64,000 nucleotides of DNA, from the NCBI GenBank assembly GCA_038087875.1, contig CM075989.1, forward strand, positions 14,386,001-14,450,000, in the 5' to 3' direction. A program made the translations under genes and the position numbers. Shown piece by piece: positions 1-12,960 of the stretch. Source of the stretch: Malacoraja senta (lineage: Eukaryota). The notes under the pieces are model-generated. The model was given only the letters and a program-made list of their open reading frames with translations, was not told the DNA's origin and made no database searches. The first letter of the stretch is position 1, and each line of letters begins with the position of its first letter.

Positions 1-184
1 TAGCAGAAAAGATGTGGAGGGATAGGTAGAACAAAAGGAATACCTTCTATAGGATGAGATCAAATTGGGTTAATGTGGCACTTAGCGACATTGTGCTTCT
101 CTGTCTATTATCTGATGCTAACAGCAGGATTTACAACACCTGTCCTTTCACTTGTTCACTTCCCACTGTGTAGGAACCAAATAG

Positions 185-520
185 TCTTTCCAGGTGAAGT
201 TTATTTCCAGTTTATTTTTATTTCCAGTTCTTCCAATCTAGTGTCTACATTCAGTGTTAACGATGGAGAAAGCAAATGTGGACTGGATGATTGCTTTGTG
301 GAGCATCTGCATTCCAAAAATCCTCTGTCTTCAGCTTCCAGTTACGTTCTGTTTTAGTACTCTATCCTACTCCACCTCTAACCTTTCTGTCTGTAGCCTC
401 CTGCACTGTAACAACAGCGCTCCACACAAGGTCAAGGCACAACAACTCACCCACCATCTGGGCTGTCGCAGTCTCCTGGAATATATATCAAATTCTAAAA
501 ATGTTGGATAACTCACTCTT
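185..520 (+). mobile_element. Old Penelope-like element remnant (GIY-YIG endonuclease region)
   Basis: Degenerate SSSNLV...GESKCGLDDCFVEHLHS aligns by eye with TSSNLIY...GETKRRLGDRFAQHLRS at 10734. Confidence 0.55.
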
Positions 521-639
521 TCTGTCTGTATCAGAATTGGCTGTTTCTGCTAGTCATCCATATGTGATTTTGGCTCAGTTGTTTTCTCTCCATCAGTGCA
601 GTTTGGCCGGCTGGGCATGTCCCACAGCCCTGCTCTCAC

Positions 640-1155
640 CAAAACATTGCACAGACAAAGATGTAGAATGTGTTTCAAAGGTGGATTATCTTGAGTATAT
701 CCTAAGATGCATGGAAAGCAAGCGAGGAGACTGCTGGGGCATTGGTAGAGTTTATTGATTTTCCTTCGCCACAGGTGAGCTACAGGAAGACTGGAGAGTG
801 CCTGATGATATAAAACTACTGAAGAAGGGCAACAAGAGCAAGGCAGAGAACTTAAGGCCTAATCAGCCTAAATCAGTGGTGGAATGGTTAGTGGAGGGGA
901 TTCTGAGAAACAGGATCTATCATCATTTGGAAAGACAAGGACCGATGATGTCTTTGTTCATGGGAAATTGTGTCATATTAATGTGATTGAGTTTTTTGGA
1001 GAGGTGACCAAGAGGATTGATGAGGGAAGGGTGGTAGACGATGTTGCATGGACTCTAACAAGTCCTTTGACATAGTCCCGCATGGTGACTGGGCCAGAGG
1101 TTTGATCACATGAGACCCAGGTTGAGATAGTCAATTGGAAACTCTATTGGCTTGG
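640..1155 (+). mobile_element. Degenerate CR1-clade LINE RT fragment
   Basis: TGE..EDWRV, LIEFF.EVTKRIDEGR.VD and KAFD.VPH-like remnants with frameshifts. Confidence 0.7.
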
Positions 1156-2689
1156 GGGAGGGGGATTTCCTGAGTGTTTCCAGCAATTTTTGTTTTTATT
1201 TCAGATTTCCTGCACCAGCACTTTTTTTCTATTTCCACTATTTAGTTGGTTTCCATTCAGATGGACCCTCCATCAGAATGAGAAATCCCAATGCAGCTGG
1301 TTGATTTTTTTACATTTAACACCAAATGCATCTAACACTGCAATTTCCATCCTCTGTGTTCATCTAATGATGTCAGTGGGTGTGATTGGTTTTTGTTGAT
1401 GACATGCGGTCTGGTATTCTGACTTTTTTACCTGTCGGCCCAATTTGCCACAACTCTGTCTGTTTGACATTGTCCCTTCAAGATTCTCCTGCCCTCTCTG
1501 TTATTGGCCTTATCTCTTGCACTGAAGGCACATGAGTTGATCATTTGATAGTTGTATTCAGTTTCTCGATGTTTGGACCTGCTGAAGTCAATGTAATTAG
1601 ATAGTTGGGGATGAGTAGAATCTGTGAGCATCACTTTTGCACAAGTTAAACACTAATGACCAAAGTCAAATTATTGCAACTTGCATTATATCCTGAAAAT
1701 CACTTAGTTTCTACATTCTAACACCATGAAGCATTTTGGAATTCATTAGTGCTTTAGACAATGGATGTCTCTGGCTTTCAGCATGTTACATTATACAACT
1801 GTGAAATCCCAACACTCCTCCTCCCTGCCTCAAATTATTCTTCCTTCAGAGGAATGTCATTAATAATCCTATGTTTTATCTATAATTTATGATGTACCAT
1901 GATGCATAGTGCACAAATTAATTTAAGAAAGGTCCTGTAGAAGACTGATGGCAAACAATAGATGGAATGGGAATATAATATCTATTTTTGAAACTGAATA
2001 ATTTATTGAATCTTCTATACTGTGCACTAAAGACACTTTTAATACCTCAGGCAAAGTGCTGGAATATTTACTCAGATGCACGGTTGAATTTTGAGAACAA
2101 CAACTGCAGGAATTTTAGCAAAGTTTAAGTGTCGACACCATGCTTGGAATGTTGGATTGTTTAATAATTTACTGAAAGCAGTAGCAGATGTTATAACTTG
2201 CTCTGTAAGATATTTGTTATTTATTCCTAAATCTCCATGCATTGACTGTTCAAGAACAAATGTTGCACTTTGATTTTTTTGAAAAGAAAAGTAATTCATA
2301 CAACACCCAGGAAGAAAACCTAAGTCAACAAACTCTTCATGAATTTTGTTTTCGTAATATTATCCTCACTAAATAAAACAAATGCAAATAAATGTACAGC
2401 ATAATTTGGCCAGAAAACCATAATTTTCTCTTAACTACATTTAATAAATTAATATCTGCTCCACATTCAAGTTATGATTCCAGCCCTTAACCTCCCAAAA
2501 ATCATATTATCATGGATACACTAAAGGCTATGGGACTAGATGCAAACAAGCTTCAGTATTGAAAGCTGCACTGTCAGCACTAACTGAATCTATAGTCAAG
2601 CTGAGAACAAAGCTATCTACACAAAAATGTAATAGATAGCAGGACCTGCCCAAACAATGTAATTGCAGTCATTGTCAAAGTGATGGACT

Positions 2690-3310
2690 GTGATCTCGAC
2701 AGTGCTATCAGTCCTTTGTCACAAATGCCCAGTTTGAGTTTTACCGATTCAGCTCCAGACCTCATCATTGTCTTGGTCCAAACATGGACTAAAGAATTGA
2801 ATTCCAGGGATGAGGTGTAAGTGGCTGTGCCTGATATCAAGGCAGGATTAGACTAAGTGTGATACCATGGAGCTCTGGTAAAACTGAAAACAATAGGCAA
2901 TAAGGGGGCTTCCCGGATGTGACTGCAGGAGTTCTTCAGTTCAGTGTCCCAGGTCAAACTGTCCGCACCTATTTCATAAGTTAGTTCCCTCTAAAATAAG
3001 TTTGGATGTGGGATGGTTGTACAATTTTCAGTTCCATTTGCAACTTCTCAGCAAATCGAACAGTTCATGTCTGCATGTTAAAGATCTGGACAACAATAAA
3101 TGGCAAGTAATATACATGCTACATACTAACCATCTCCAGCAAGAGATGGTGAATGGTATTACTGACATTGAATACTGTTTGGTTACTGTTGGACAGAAGC
3201 TACATAAATACTGTATCTACCAAACAAGTCAAACATTGGATATCCCATGCACACTCATCTTAAATTACCAAAGCCTTTCTACCACAAGTCATGAGTGTGC
3301 AATGACTACA
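2690..3310 (+). mobile_element. Highly decayed LINE (CR1/L2 group) RT remnant
   Basis: SAPDLI..LVQTWTKELNS...DIKA..D-like and GV.Q.SV.G-like remnants. Confidence 0.5.
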
Positions 3311-4504
3311 TCCTAAAATATATATATTTACAATAAAATAATAAAATAGCTTACAAATGTATCATTAAAATTATATTCCATAACTGATGCTTGGATACAA
3401 GTTTCAAAAAAGATTTTAGTGTGTGCAAATTCTCCATATATTTCAATAAAATGTATGTTATGTTTTATGTGGCTGAGTCAATGTGCCTGTGATGCTGTTT
3501 CAAGCTAAATTGTCAATGTACCTGTACCTCTCCGTGCTTGTGCACATAAAAAATAAACTCGACTTGACTTGAAATGACAGGAAATGTCATTTGTCTTTAG
3601 CTAACGCATGACCCACCCTTCATATATTAGATCTCAGCCATTCTTTATTACCCCATGGGAAGACCTGCCTCTCTGCATTTCTATATGGGACCACATTTTC
3701 TGATTATTTGTTGATTTGGTGTTTTCTCCGTTTGTTCAGTGCTGTTCATCAACCTTTTATTATTTAATGAGGAATACCAAAGTATTGTGTATGATAAGCA
3801 TTCAAAGTAATAATTCTCGCGGTCACGGTCTCTTGTTATGCATTTTGGTATTTAAAGATTAACCAGTCTATTGCTGTACATTAACAATGCACCTCTTGCA
3901 AAGCTGGAGTTGTTTCCCTCGAGGGATGTGACCTGCTTTTCAAAGCTCAGATACAGGGTTCCTTTGTTTTATTGCTTCCAAATGATTTTTTTTTTGTTTT
4001 CAGCTACTCCCTCTCACTCTCCCCTCTCTCGCTCTCACTCTCTCTCTCGCTCTCTATATCTATATCTCTCTATCTATCTGTGAAGAACCCAAATATGCAT
4101 GTATAGTAAAAAGTCCATCGAGGATCAAGAGGAATTGTTCTTGGATCAGACCTGATTTGGGGGGAAAGGATAACGGGGTTTGGGGTTGTCATGGGGTTGA
4201 GAGGCCGGGTGGTGATGGGGGAGGTTTCTACCTCAGTGGAACAGTCAGGAAATGGTTAGCTGTGGGGAAGGTGTCAGAAGGGGCAGGGATTAATGTTGGA
4301 ATGTGTTGTGGGTCATTAATCCCTTTCCACTTCACTCTAACAAGCACATTCATGCCTTGAACGCCCACCGTGACACTTTCGAAAGCATCCCATTTTCTGG
4401 ACATCCTTTTGCCCGCTAACTTCCCTTTGCCCAAGGAAACTGTGCAGTGAATGGAGGGAATGCCTGTAATTGGTGAACAAGGCTGTCCAGATGACACTAT
4501 TCCT

Positions 4505-4788
4505 TTAGTTTAGAGATACAGCGTGGAAACAGGCCCTTTGGCCCACCGAGTCTGCACAGACCAACGATCAATGCGCATTAACACTATCCTACACACACGA
4601 GGGACAATTTACACTTATACAATTTACCTACATACCTATATGTCTTTGGAGTGTGGGAGGAAACCGAAGATCTCAGTGAAAACCCACACAGACATGGAGA
4701 GAACGTACAAACTCTGGATCGAACCCGGGTCTCTGGTGCTGCAAGCGCTGTAAGGCAGGAACTCTACCGCTACGCCACCGTGCCGCCC
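4505..4788 (-). mobile_element. tRNA-derived V-SINE (HE1-like), full length
   Basis: Minus strand: head GGGCGGCACGGTGGCGTAGCGG (A box) and GGTTCGATCC (B box); V-domain GAGTTTGTACGTTCTC...TCCCACACTCCAAAGAC; CR1-like tail GGGCCTGTTTCCACGCTGTATCTCTAAACTAA. Confidence 0.85.
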
Positions 4789-6111
4789 TACAGTCCTACA
4801 GACAGATCAATAATAATTGACAAACATTCATTTCCCTCTGCTAGTTACAATTCTGTCACTGCAGATGCAAAGATAATTTAAAAAAGGGAACTGGGAATAC
4901 ATTTGTAAAGGAAAAATTGATGGAACTGTGGATTAAAGACAGGAGTGGAGCTAAATTGAAGCTTCTTTCAAAAGCAACTGGGAAGGTGAGGCCACGTTCC
5001 CCTGCTTTTATGGTTATTTCAAAGTTAATATGGGAAATTGAATTCAGCAAATCTTATCTAGAGTAGCCAATGGGCAGTTTCATAACTGGGTTTTATAATT
5101 CAAATGAAAAATTATAAAATGCAATTCTTAGATTAATGTAGATAATTGATATTAAATCATTATTAATCAGCAATGGACCCAAAAATGGTAATTATACAAA
5201 TGAACTTTTAAAAATGATTCAAAAAGGGCCTGATTTGAAAATAATTTTCTTTACAGTTTCCCTCATCATCATAACCAAAAACAGTCTGTTTCTGTTATCT
5301 TCTTGCAATTTTGTACAGAAGACAAAGAAGTCTAACCTTAGGAGTGATTCTGACGTGCAAATAAAATATCCTTTTTTATAGGAGCTCAAGGATTGGATTT
5401 CACATTAAGCTTGTGGGACTTTGAGAGCCACAGCAAATAATTTACAGCAATTTAGCACTAATGTTCACAGTTTTTTTAAAACAAATTTTGGCATCAGCAT
5501 TGGAAGTTTAAAACCTGGTGGTGTTTAGACAGAAGACGCTTTAAGTTTAGTCATTTGTATCTGCTATCTTTCCTCGGGGTTCCCTGCCCCGGCATCAATT
5601 GATGAGCATTATGAACATGTAAACGTCCATTTTTGACTAGAGAGTAAGATAGAGAATTTCCATTTTGATATTACCTTATCTGGTGCGTGAGAAATATCCC
5701 AAAGCTGCTCATACAATTAATTATTCTGCTGAACTGCTGTCACAGTTACATTGTTATTAAAATGAAGGTTATTAATTGGGAGTTCAGATACACAGTCAAC
5801 TTGAAAAATTATTCTTGGTCATATCTGGTATTAAACGATTTTACATGCTACAAAATTTCCAGATATTGCTACAGTGGTTGAAACACTGAAAAGCCAAAGG
5901 AGTTATGTGTCATAGAGCTCTGGTGTAAAGGTGGCCCCGTCATATTGGAGTAGGAGAGAGACTGGGATCTTAGGGTTAGTCATCTCAGAATGGTAGGGAA
6001 GTGGTACGTGGGAGGGATAGAGAGAGAGCGAAGTGGTGGAGTGAGTTACGATTCAATGGAGAGAGACCTTAATGAGTATGGCATGTGGATCATGAGTAAT
6101 TTTTGCCAAAG

Positions 6112-6315
6112 ATAGACACAAAATGCTGGTGTACCTCAGTGGGTCAGGCAGCAACTCTGGAGAAAGGAATAGGTGGTGTTTCAGGTCAGAACCCTTCTTC
6201 AGACTTGAAATATCGCCTATTCCTTTTCTCCAGTCACGTTGCCTGACCCGCTGAGTTACTCCAACATTTTGTGTCTATTTTCGGTATAAACCAGCATCTG
6301 TAGTTTCTTCCTACA
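6112..6315. mobile_element. Palindromic Penelope-like terminus with a hammerhead core on the minus strand (6178-6202)
   Basis: Inverted arms ~6112-6182 and ~6207-6278; minus strand reads CTGAAGA-AGGGTTCTGACCT-GAAAC. Confidence 0.7.
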
Positions 6316-6534
6316 TGTTAGAATTTGTTGCCAGTTGTCTATGGTGCTTAAGAGTCAGGTCATTGACTCGTTGGCCTCATCCAGTGTTTGGCACTTTGTT
6401 TGCCATTTGTTAAAAAGACACTGGTCTAGATATTCTTTCTCACCTCGGCAGGCACATCAAAGCAGTACTGACACCTCCTCCTTGCATCCCAGATTGTCAA
6501 ACTCTGACATACACAACAGGCATGCAGATCTTTG

Positions 6535-6720
6535 TCCCCATGCATTCCCTCTCGGTTGCTCCAGTTTCCACCCACACTCCAAAGGCCTACAGGTTTGTAG
6601 TTAAGTGGCTTTGATAAGTGTGTAGGATAGTGCTAGTGCACAGGGATTGCTGGTCGGTACGGATTAGGTCGGCTGAAGGGCCTGTTTCCGCGCTGTATCT
6701 CTAAACTAAACTAAACTAAA
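6535..6720 (+). mobile_element. V-SINE 3' part
   Basis: cacccacactccaaag...ggcctgtttccgcgctgtatctc followed by (taaac)n tail. Confidence 0.8.
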
Positions 6721-7076
6721 GGAGCGTGTTTTCCACCCCAACTTGGGGTACACTGCACCTTTCCTGCCCAGATATAAAAGCAGATAGTATTATCAGTAAA
6801 AGTACATATTCTAATAGAAATTGTAATCCCATTTTCTATTTTGCTTAGCCAACATATAGGGATAGTTGTATACAAATTAATTTCTAGCAATTGCACTTTG
6901 AAAGTTCCAAATGGTCGCTGTTTCCATTACTGGACATGCAATGAGTTCCAGATCACAACAACATTCCTGTGTACATTATGTTACTTCTTACCAGAGTTCA
7001 ACCAGAATTCCAAGTCCTAATGAGTAGGAAGTTACTTCAGTCTGCGATTTTGAATCACTTGCAATTATTATCACCT

Positions 7077-7314
7077 CCCGATTACGGGTGCTGTCTGTAC
7101 GGAGTTTGTACGTTCTCCCCGTGACCTGCATAGGTTTTCTCTGAGATCTTCAGTGTCCTCCCACATTCCAAAGACATACAGATTTGTAGGTTAGTTGGCT
7201 TGGTAAATGTAAAAATTGTTCCTAGTTGGTGTAGGATAGTGTTAATGTGTGGGGATCGCTGGTCGGCGTGGGCCGAATGGCCTGTTTCCATGCTGTATCT
7301 CTAAACTAAACTAA
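7077..7314 (+). mobile_element. V-SINE, 5' truncated
   Basis: ggagtttgtacgttctccccgtgacctg V-domain and (ctaaa)n tail. Confidence 0.85.
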
Positions 7315-7677
7315 ATTATTGCACTAGAGTTGCAGACATTATGACAATTCATTAATGAGTGCTTTACAAAAAATGATTGCAGGTGCAACCTGATTGCTAT
7401 TTTCTTCAGCAAGATCATATTGTTTTTTGATATATTTACAATATTAATAAATGAGTCTACTAAACGTTGATTGAATAAGTAAAAAATAGCTATGAAAATA
7501 CAAAGCCTTCAATGCACTTGACATGATGAATTCAGCATCTGCAAGGCAATGGTTCCTACCAACATGCCCCCACAACACCACACCGCTGTCCAACAGGAAA
7601 TGTTCACAGTCAGAACCTGCACAGCCATGGATTGAATGAGGAACAGAATATTTGAACATCAGGATCTCAGACCTGGT

Positions 7678-8362
7678 CTAAGCATGCAGGTACAGCAGGC
7701 AGTGAAGAAAGCGAATGGCATGTTGGCCTTCATAACAAGAGGAGTTGAGTATAGGAGCAAAGAGGTTCTTCTGCAGTGGTACCGGGCCCTAGTGAGACCA
7801 TACCTGGAGTATTGTGTGCAGTTTTGGTCCCCTAATATGAGGAAGGACATTCTTGCTATTGAGGGAGTGCAGCGTAGGTTCACAAGGTTAATACCCGGGA
7901 TGGCGGGACTGTCATATGCTGAGAGAATGGAGCGGCTGGGCTTGTATACTCTGGAATTTAGATGGATGAGAGGGGATCTTATTGAAACATATAAGATTAT
8001 TAGGGTTTGGATACGCTAAAGGCAGGAAACACATTCCTGTTGTTGGGGGAGTCCAGAACCAGGAGCAACAGTTTAAGAATAAGGAGTAAGGCATTTAGAA
8101 CAGAGATGGGGAAACACTTTTTCACACATAGAGTTGTGAGTCTGTGGAATTCTCTGCCTCAGAGGGCGGTGGAGACCGGTTCACTGGATACTTTCAAGAG
8201 AGAGCTTGATAGGGCTCTTAAAGATAGCGGAGTCAGGGGATATGGGGAGAAGGCAGGAACGGGGTACTGATTGTGGATGATCAGCCATGATCACATTGAA
8301 TGGTGGTGCTGGCTCGAAAGGCCGAATTGCCTACTCCTGCACCTATTGTCTATTGTCTATTG
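7678..8362 (+). mobile_element. CR1 LINE 3' fragment
   Basis: ORF2 C-terminus YRALVRPYLEYCVQFWSP...GVQRRFTRLIPGM...FFTHRVVSLWNSLP; (ctattgt)n tail. Confidence 0.92.
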
Positions 8363-10397
8363 CTGGGCAGCAGTGATTTCAGCCCATCCACCCGCTGCTG
8401 TGAGCTGGACCATCCCCACTGACTCCTGGGGATCATTGACCCACAACTGCTCACAGGAGATGGCATTTAGAATCACAGCTTCATGCACTGGGAGCAGTGG
8501 TGGTGGGGAGTGATACTCCCTACTACCTGCTCCATCAGATATCTCATACCCTATGTGTGGAAGAGCCTGCAGTTCCCACACTGACCTAACAGCAATCTCA
8601 GAACCAACTATACTGGAGTGGAAACAACTCACCCTCGATATGAAAGAACAATCTGAAGGATAAGAAATATAAGCCCCAACAGCAATAAAATGAAATTCAT
8701 AATATTGCCTACTATTTTATGTTGAGTACAAACTTTTGTAACAGATTTATTTTTGCTGTTAATTAGTTTGAAATCAACAGTAATAATGTTACCTTGCTTT
8801 TACATTCCATTTTTTAGTGAGAAAAATATTTTAAGTCACAACATGGAAGTCAACTCAAAAATCGAAGTAAAAAAATACATGTGGGGGCGGTGGCAAATGG
8901 TTTCATCTAAAGATAATCTTTTTTAAAAATCACAAAGGAGGAAAAGAAGAGGCAGAGATTCAAGGATCAGAATGGTTGATGAATGTGGGTAGATGGTGAA
9001 GGAAGGCATTCTCAAAATTGAATTCCCAGGTACTACGTTGCTATGCAATAAGAAATGTACAAAAGTATCAAAATTGGAGCAATTAGAAGATTCATATATG
9101 CATGTAAAATCCATGGTCAAATATCTGCAAATTCATTTTTTCAAGGATATGTTACTGAACTTGTGTTTTTATAATATCTGTTTCAAGTTTATGAGAATCA
9201 TTCATCTACATAGTATATGCCTTCCTGGCACACATGCAGTTTAGCCACAGTAATTTTGCAAAAGTGAAATTTACCTCCTAGTTCTTCTGTTTAAAATATC
9301 TGATAGTTAGCCTCGGTTCAACTGGCATTTAAGAATATTATACCAACCAGCAGGCAAATCCCAGAAGTGAAGCTTGATTAAATAAATATAATTATTAAGA
9401 TGGAATGAGGTTATAAAAAGGTTAGCGAGTGGATGACATGAAAGGGGCTTCCATTGTAAAGCACCTTAATCTTTCACATGCAAGAAAGGTGTCTGAGCAA
9501 GTAAAGATACACGATTTATTTTGAGATTATTTTACAGGGCTGTACTACATATCAAAAATAAAATGAATTGGAGATCTTTTTTTGCACTTTGTGGTTGGGT
9601 AAGCCATTGTATAAGATTAAATCCAGGATAGAATGGATTTAAATCTGAGTGGTCTGTTGCACTGCCGACACTCATCTAAAAGCTTCCTGATTGATAATGC
9701 ATTGAGTAATCGGCTTTGAAAGTGCATGCTGCTTTTGCTTGGCAGGTAAATGAGGTCAGTTTTCAAATAACAAAATCCCTTAAGATTTTGCTCATCTGTA
9801 TGTCAGTCTAAACAGGAGAATTGGACCATTTGATTTATAATGGTGACCCTGTGTGCATTTCATTGCTTACCGGAGCATTTTCCGAACTCAGTAAATGCAA
9901 ACAAAGTAATACTGAGCAGACTATGCATTTGCACTGCTGATGATCCATATGTATTGCTTGCACACATTACAGCATGTACTATAATTGACACAGGTCTGCT
10001 CTCTTTGAAGAGTTGGTTCACTCAGATTTGAATTGACCAATTTTCCATCGACAATCATTATCAGTGTCACTTTCTTTATATTTGTTCAGTTTGGAAAATG
10101 TTCCGAAAAGTAATGAAATGTGCACAGAGGCACATAGCGGACCATAAGCCAAATGGTTCAATTCATTCGTTTGGACTTACACAGTGAATGACAGTAAAAC
10201 ATTCAGATTCATCTGAATTATTTTGAAAGCCGACATTATTCCAAGAATGGCAATTAAGATTGGTTCCCATCCTTGCATACTCTTCATATTAAAACACTTT
10301 CAAAGACTGAATGTAAAGCTTTAGTCATTTTTGAAATCATCATAATAGCTCATAATAGGATTCATGATTTACAAATAATTATTTTATTTATTTTTAG

Positions 10398-10486
10398 CTT
10401 GATGATGAGGCTAGCAATCTCCTGAAGGAACTGCAGGCCAATCTCAATGGTGTCTTGGATGAACTGAGCTTTACCTTTGCCACCAG
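10398..10486 (+). CDS. UNC13C: UNC13C (Munc13-3) coding exon, MUN domain: LDDEASNLLKELQANLNGVLDELSFTFAT(S)
   Basis: Acceptor tttttag| and donor |gtaatg; 89 nt, phase 0 to 2. Translation matches the Munc13 MUN segment LD.EAS..LKELQ..L..VLDELS. Confidence 0.9.
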
Positions 10487-10691
10487 GTAATGCATTGTTA
10501 TAAAAATTATTAATGCAGCTGAATGATTAATGTATTATGTAAGCGTGTGGCAGATTCTTCTCCAACGCAGTATGGATGTAAATTTGTACTTTGGGGAATT
10601 TTACGTTAAGTACGGGTCTCTCAGGATTCTACTTTGAGGCAGTGTCCATAATGTAAGACATTTAAATGAATATCATAAAAGTGGAGCCTAA

Positions 10692-10718
10692 TGGCCCAGT
10701 CCCACTTACGCGATTTTT
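10692..10718 (+). mobile_element. Truncated left end of the MITE seen at 54595
   Basis: TAA followed by tggcccagtcccacttacgcgattttt, near-identical to agggcctgtcccacttacacgattttt. Confidence 0.55.
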
Positions 10719-10733
10719 CTGGGGTTTTATTAC

Positions 10734-11295
10734 GTGCAGGTGCAGGAGGTTCACCTGCACCTCCTCCAACCTCATCTATTGCATCCGCAGCTTAGGTGTC
10801 AGCTGCTCTACATCGGTGAGACCAAGCGTAGGCTTGGCGATCGCTTCGCCCAACACCTCCGCTCGGTTCGCAATAACCAACCTGATCTCCTGGTGGCTCA
10901 GCACTTCAACTCCCCCTCCCATTCCGAATCCGACCTTTCCGTCCTGGGCCTCCTCCATGGTCAGAGTGAGGCCCACCGTAAATTGGAGGAGCAGCACCTC
11001 ATATTTGGCTTTGGTAGTTTACACCCCAGTGGTATGAACATTGACTTCTCCAATTTTAGGTAGTCCCTGCTTTCTCCTCCCCTTCCCAGCTCTCCCTCAG
11101 CCCATTGTCACAACCTCTTCCTTTCTTCTTTCTGCACCCCGCCCCCCCCCCCCACCCTCACATCAGTCTGAAGAAGGGTCTCGACCCGAAACGTTGCCTA
11201 TTTCCTTCGCTCCATAGATGCTGCCTCACTGGCTGAGTTTCTCCAGCATTTTTGTCTACCTTCGATTTTCCAGCTTCTGCAGTTCCTTCTTAAAC
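10734..11295 (+). mobile_element. Penelope-like element 3' part: GIY-YIG endonuclease C-terminus, pyrimidine-rich repeat, hammerhead core and tail
   Basis: RFTCTSSNLIYCIR (frameshift) CQLLYIGETKRRLGDRFAQH...RKLEEQHLIF...GMN, followed by CTGAAGAAGGGTCTCGACCCGAAACGTT. Confidence 0.88.
11168..11195 (+). ncRNA. Minimal type I hammerhead ribozyme motif (Penelope-associated)
   Basis: CUGAAGA, extra A, helix II GGGUC/GACCC, GAAA, palindromic ACGU and cleavage triplet GUU. Helix I is weak, so activity is unverified. Confidence 0.7.
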
Positions 11296-11297
11296 TT

Positions 11298-11540
11298 TAA
11301 AAGGAGATGTGTGGAGTGAATTTAATTTACATAGCGACTGCTGGGTGTCTGGAACACACTGTTAGTCGTGATGGTAGAAGTAGATCCAATAGTAGCATTT
11401 AAGAGCTGTTTAGTAGGCACATGGATATTCAGGCTACGGAGGGATATGGATCACAAGCATGCAGAATAGATTAGTTTAACTAGGCATCTATTGAGCAAAG
11501 ATAACATGGGCTGAAGGGCCTGTTCCAAAGCTGCACTGTC
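11298..11540 (+). mobile_element. Degenerate CR1 3' end
   Basis: catttaagagctgtttag...gagggatatgga...gggctgaagggcctgttcc. Confidence 0.65.
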
Positions 11541-11900
11541 ACAGGTGAGATATAATGGGGCCAGTGATACAATCACCATGGTTTTATGAAGAACAGGTCC
11601 TTAATTGTTATAATAAAAGAGGAAAATGTTTGAAATACCGAGCAGGTCAGACAATATCTGCACAGAGACAAACGGAGACAATTTCCAGTTGAATAGTTAT
11701 TTTTATAAATGGCTGGTGAACCTCCAATCTGACAGTCCATGATTCTATTACCTGAAATTAGGTACATAATTATTGAGAATTATTGACACTTTCATTATTG
11801 ACTTTGGCTTGGTAGATTGTGCATTGTGGATTTAAAGAGGTGCATTTATATTTCTGTATTTTTTGCTGCTTTACCCTGAGCTCTGGCATTCCATCTTTCA

Positions 11901-12152
11901 TTTAGTTTAGTTTAGAGATACAGCGTGGAAACAGGCCCTTCAGCCCACCGGGTCTGTGCCGACCAGCGATCCCTGCATATAAACACTATCCTACACACAC
12001 TAGGGACATTTTATTCATTTACCAGGCCAATTAACCTATAAACCTGTACGTCTTTGGAATGTGGGAGGAAACCCAAGATCTCAGGGAAAACCCACGCTTG
12101 TCACGGGGAGAACGTACAAACTCCGTACAGACAACATCTGTGTTGTGAGGAC
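11901..12152 (-). mobile_element. V-SINE, head truncated
   Basis: (tttag)n agatacagcgtggaaacaggccc...ggggagaacgtacaaactccgtacagaca. Confidence 0.85.
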
Positions 12153-12479
12153 ATGAGAGGACTTTCGTTGTTGCATAATGTTTTCTCTGGAAGTACATCA
12201 AAGGTGATAATCTAATGGAAAGGATGGTAAAAGAAAAGCAGGAGGTTAAAAGAATCAATGGTACATATCTGAGACTGACATGGCAAGACTGTGAAAGGGG
12301 TGATGAATCTTCTAAAAGTGCCAGTATGTCTAAGGCCAGCCACGGCTGGTTTAAATGTCTCGTGAACTGTCCATATCAGAAGAAAGAGGAGGCACTAAGT
12401 GTGGATACTATACCGACTGGACATTCTGTCTCCTGTGTGTAACAAAATCAGAAATGATGGAAGAAATCATCCCTTCAGT

Positions 12480-12960
12480 CAACATCTGTGGAAAGAGAAA
12501 CCAATTAATGTTCCAGGTCAAGGCCCTTTGGCAGAACTGAGGGGAGAGTGGAGGGGTAAAAAGGTGTTTTCAAAGCAGAGCGGGGTGGGTGGGGGGGGAG
12601 GTATAGGCACAAGAATGGATGGAGATCGGTTAAGGTAGAGCTGCTGGTAAGGGGCATGAGGACTGCCAATTGGGGAGCAATTTTATAGAACAAAAAAACA
12701 AATGACTGGAGGAGCTCAGCAGGCCACACAGCATCCACAAAGGGAAATGGACAGGAGGCTTTTCAGGTCGAGTCCCTTTTTCAGACTGAAGTTTGTTTTT
12801 TGCTCAGGATTCCAGTGCATACAAACAAGGTGATAAAGGGACATCAGCATGATATTGGGAAACGATAACAAGTTGAAAATTAATTGTTCATTTCCAGGTG
12901 ATTGTAAAGCACCCAAACAAAAGATAAGATGTTGTTCTTCTAGTTTACATTGGGGCCCGC
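12480..12960 (-). mobile_element. Old Penelope-like remnant(s), including a degenerate hammerhead terminus (~12760-12784)
   Basis: Minus strand encodes QCKLEEQHLIFCLGALQSPG, homologous to the C-terminus of the 10734 element. Confidence 0.65.

Noticed and set aside
4700..4788. tRNA-like A and B boxes (also in the other SINE heads)
   Set aside because: They are SINE heads fused to a V-domain and LINE tail, not stand-alone tRNA genes.
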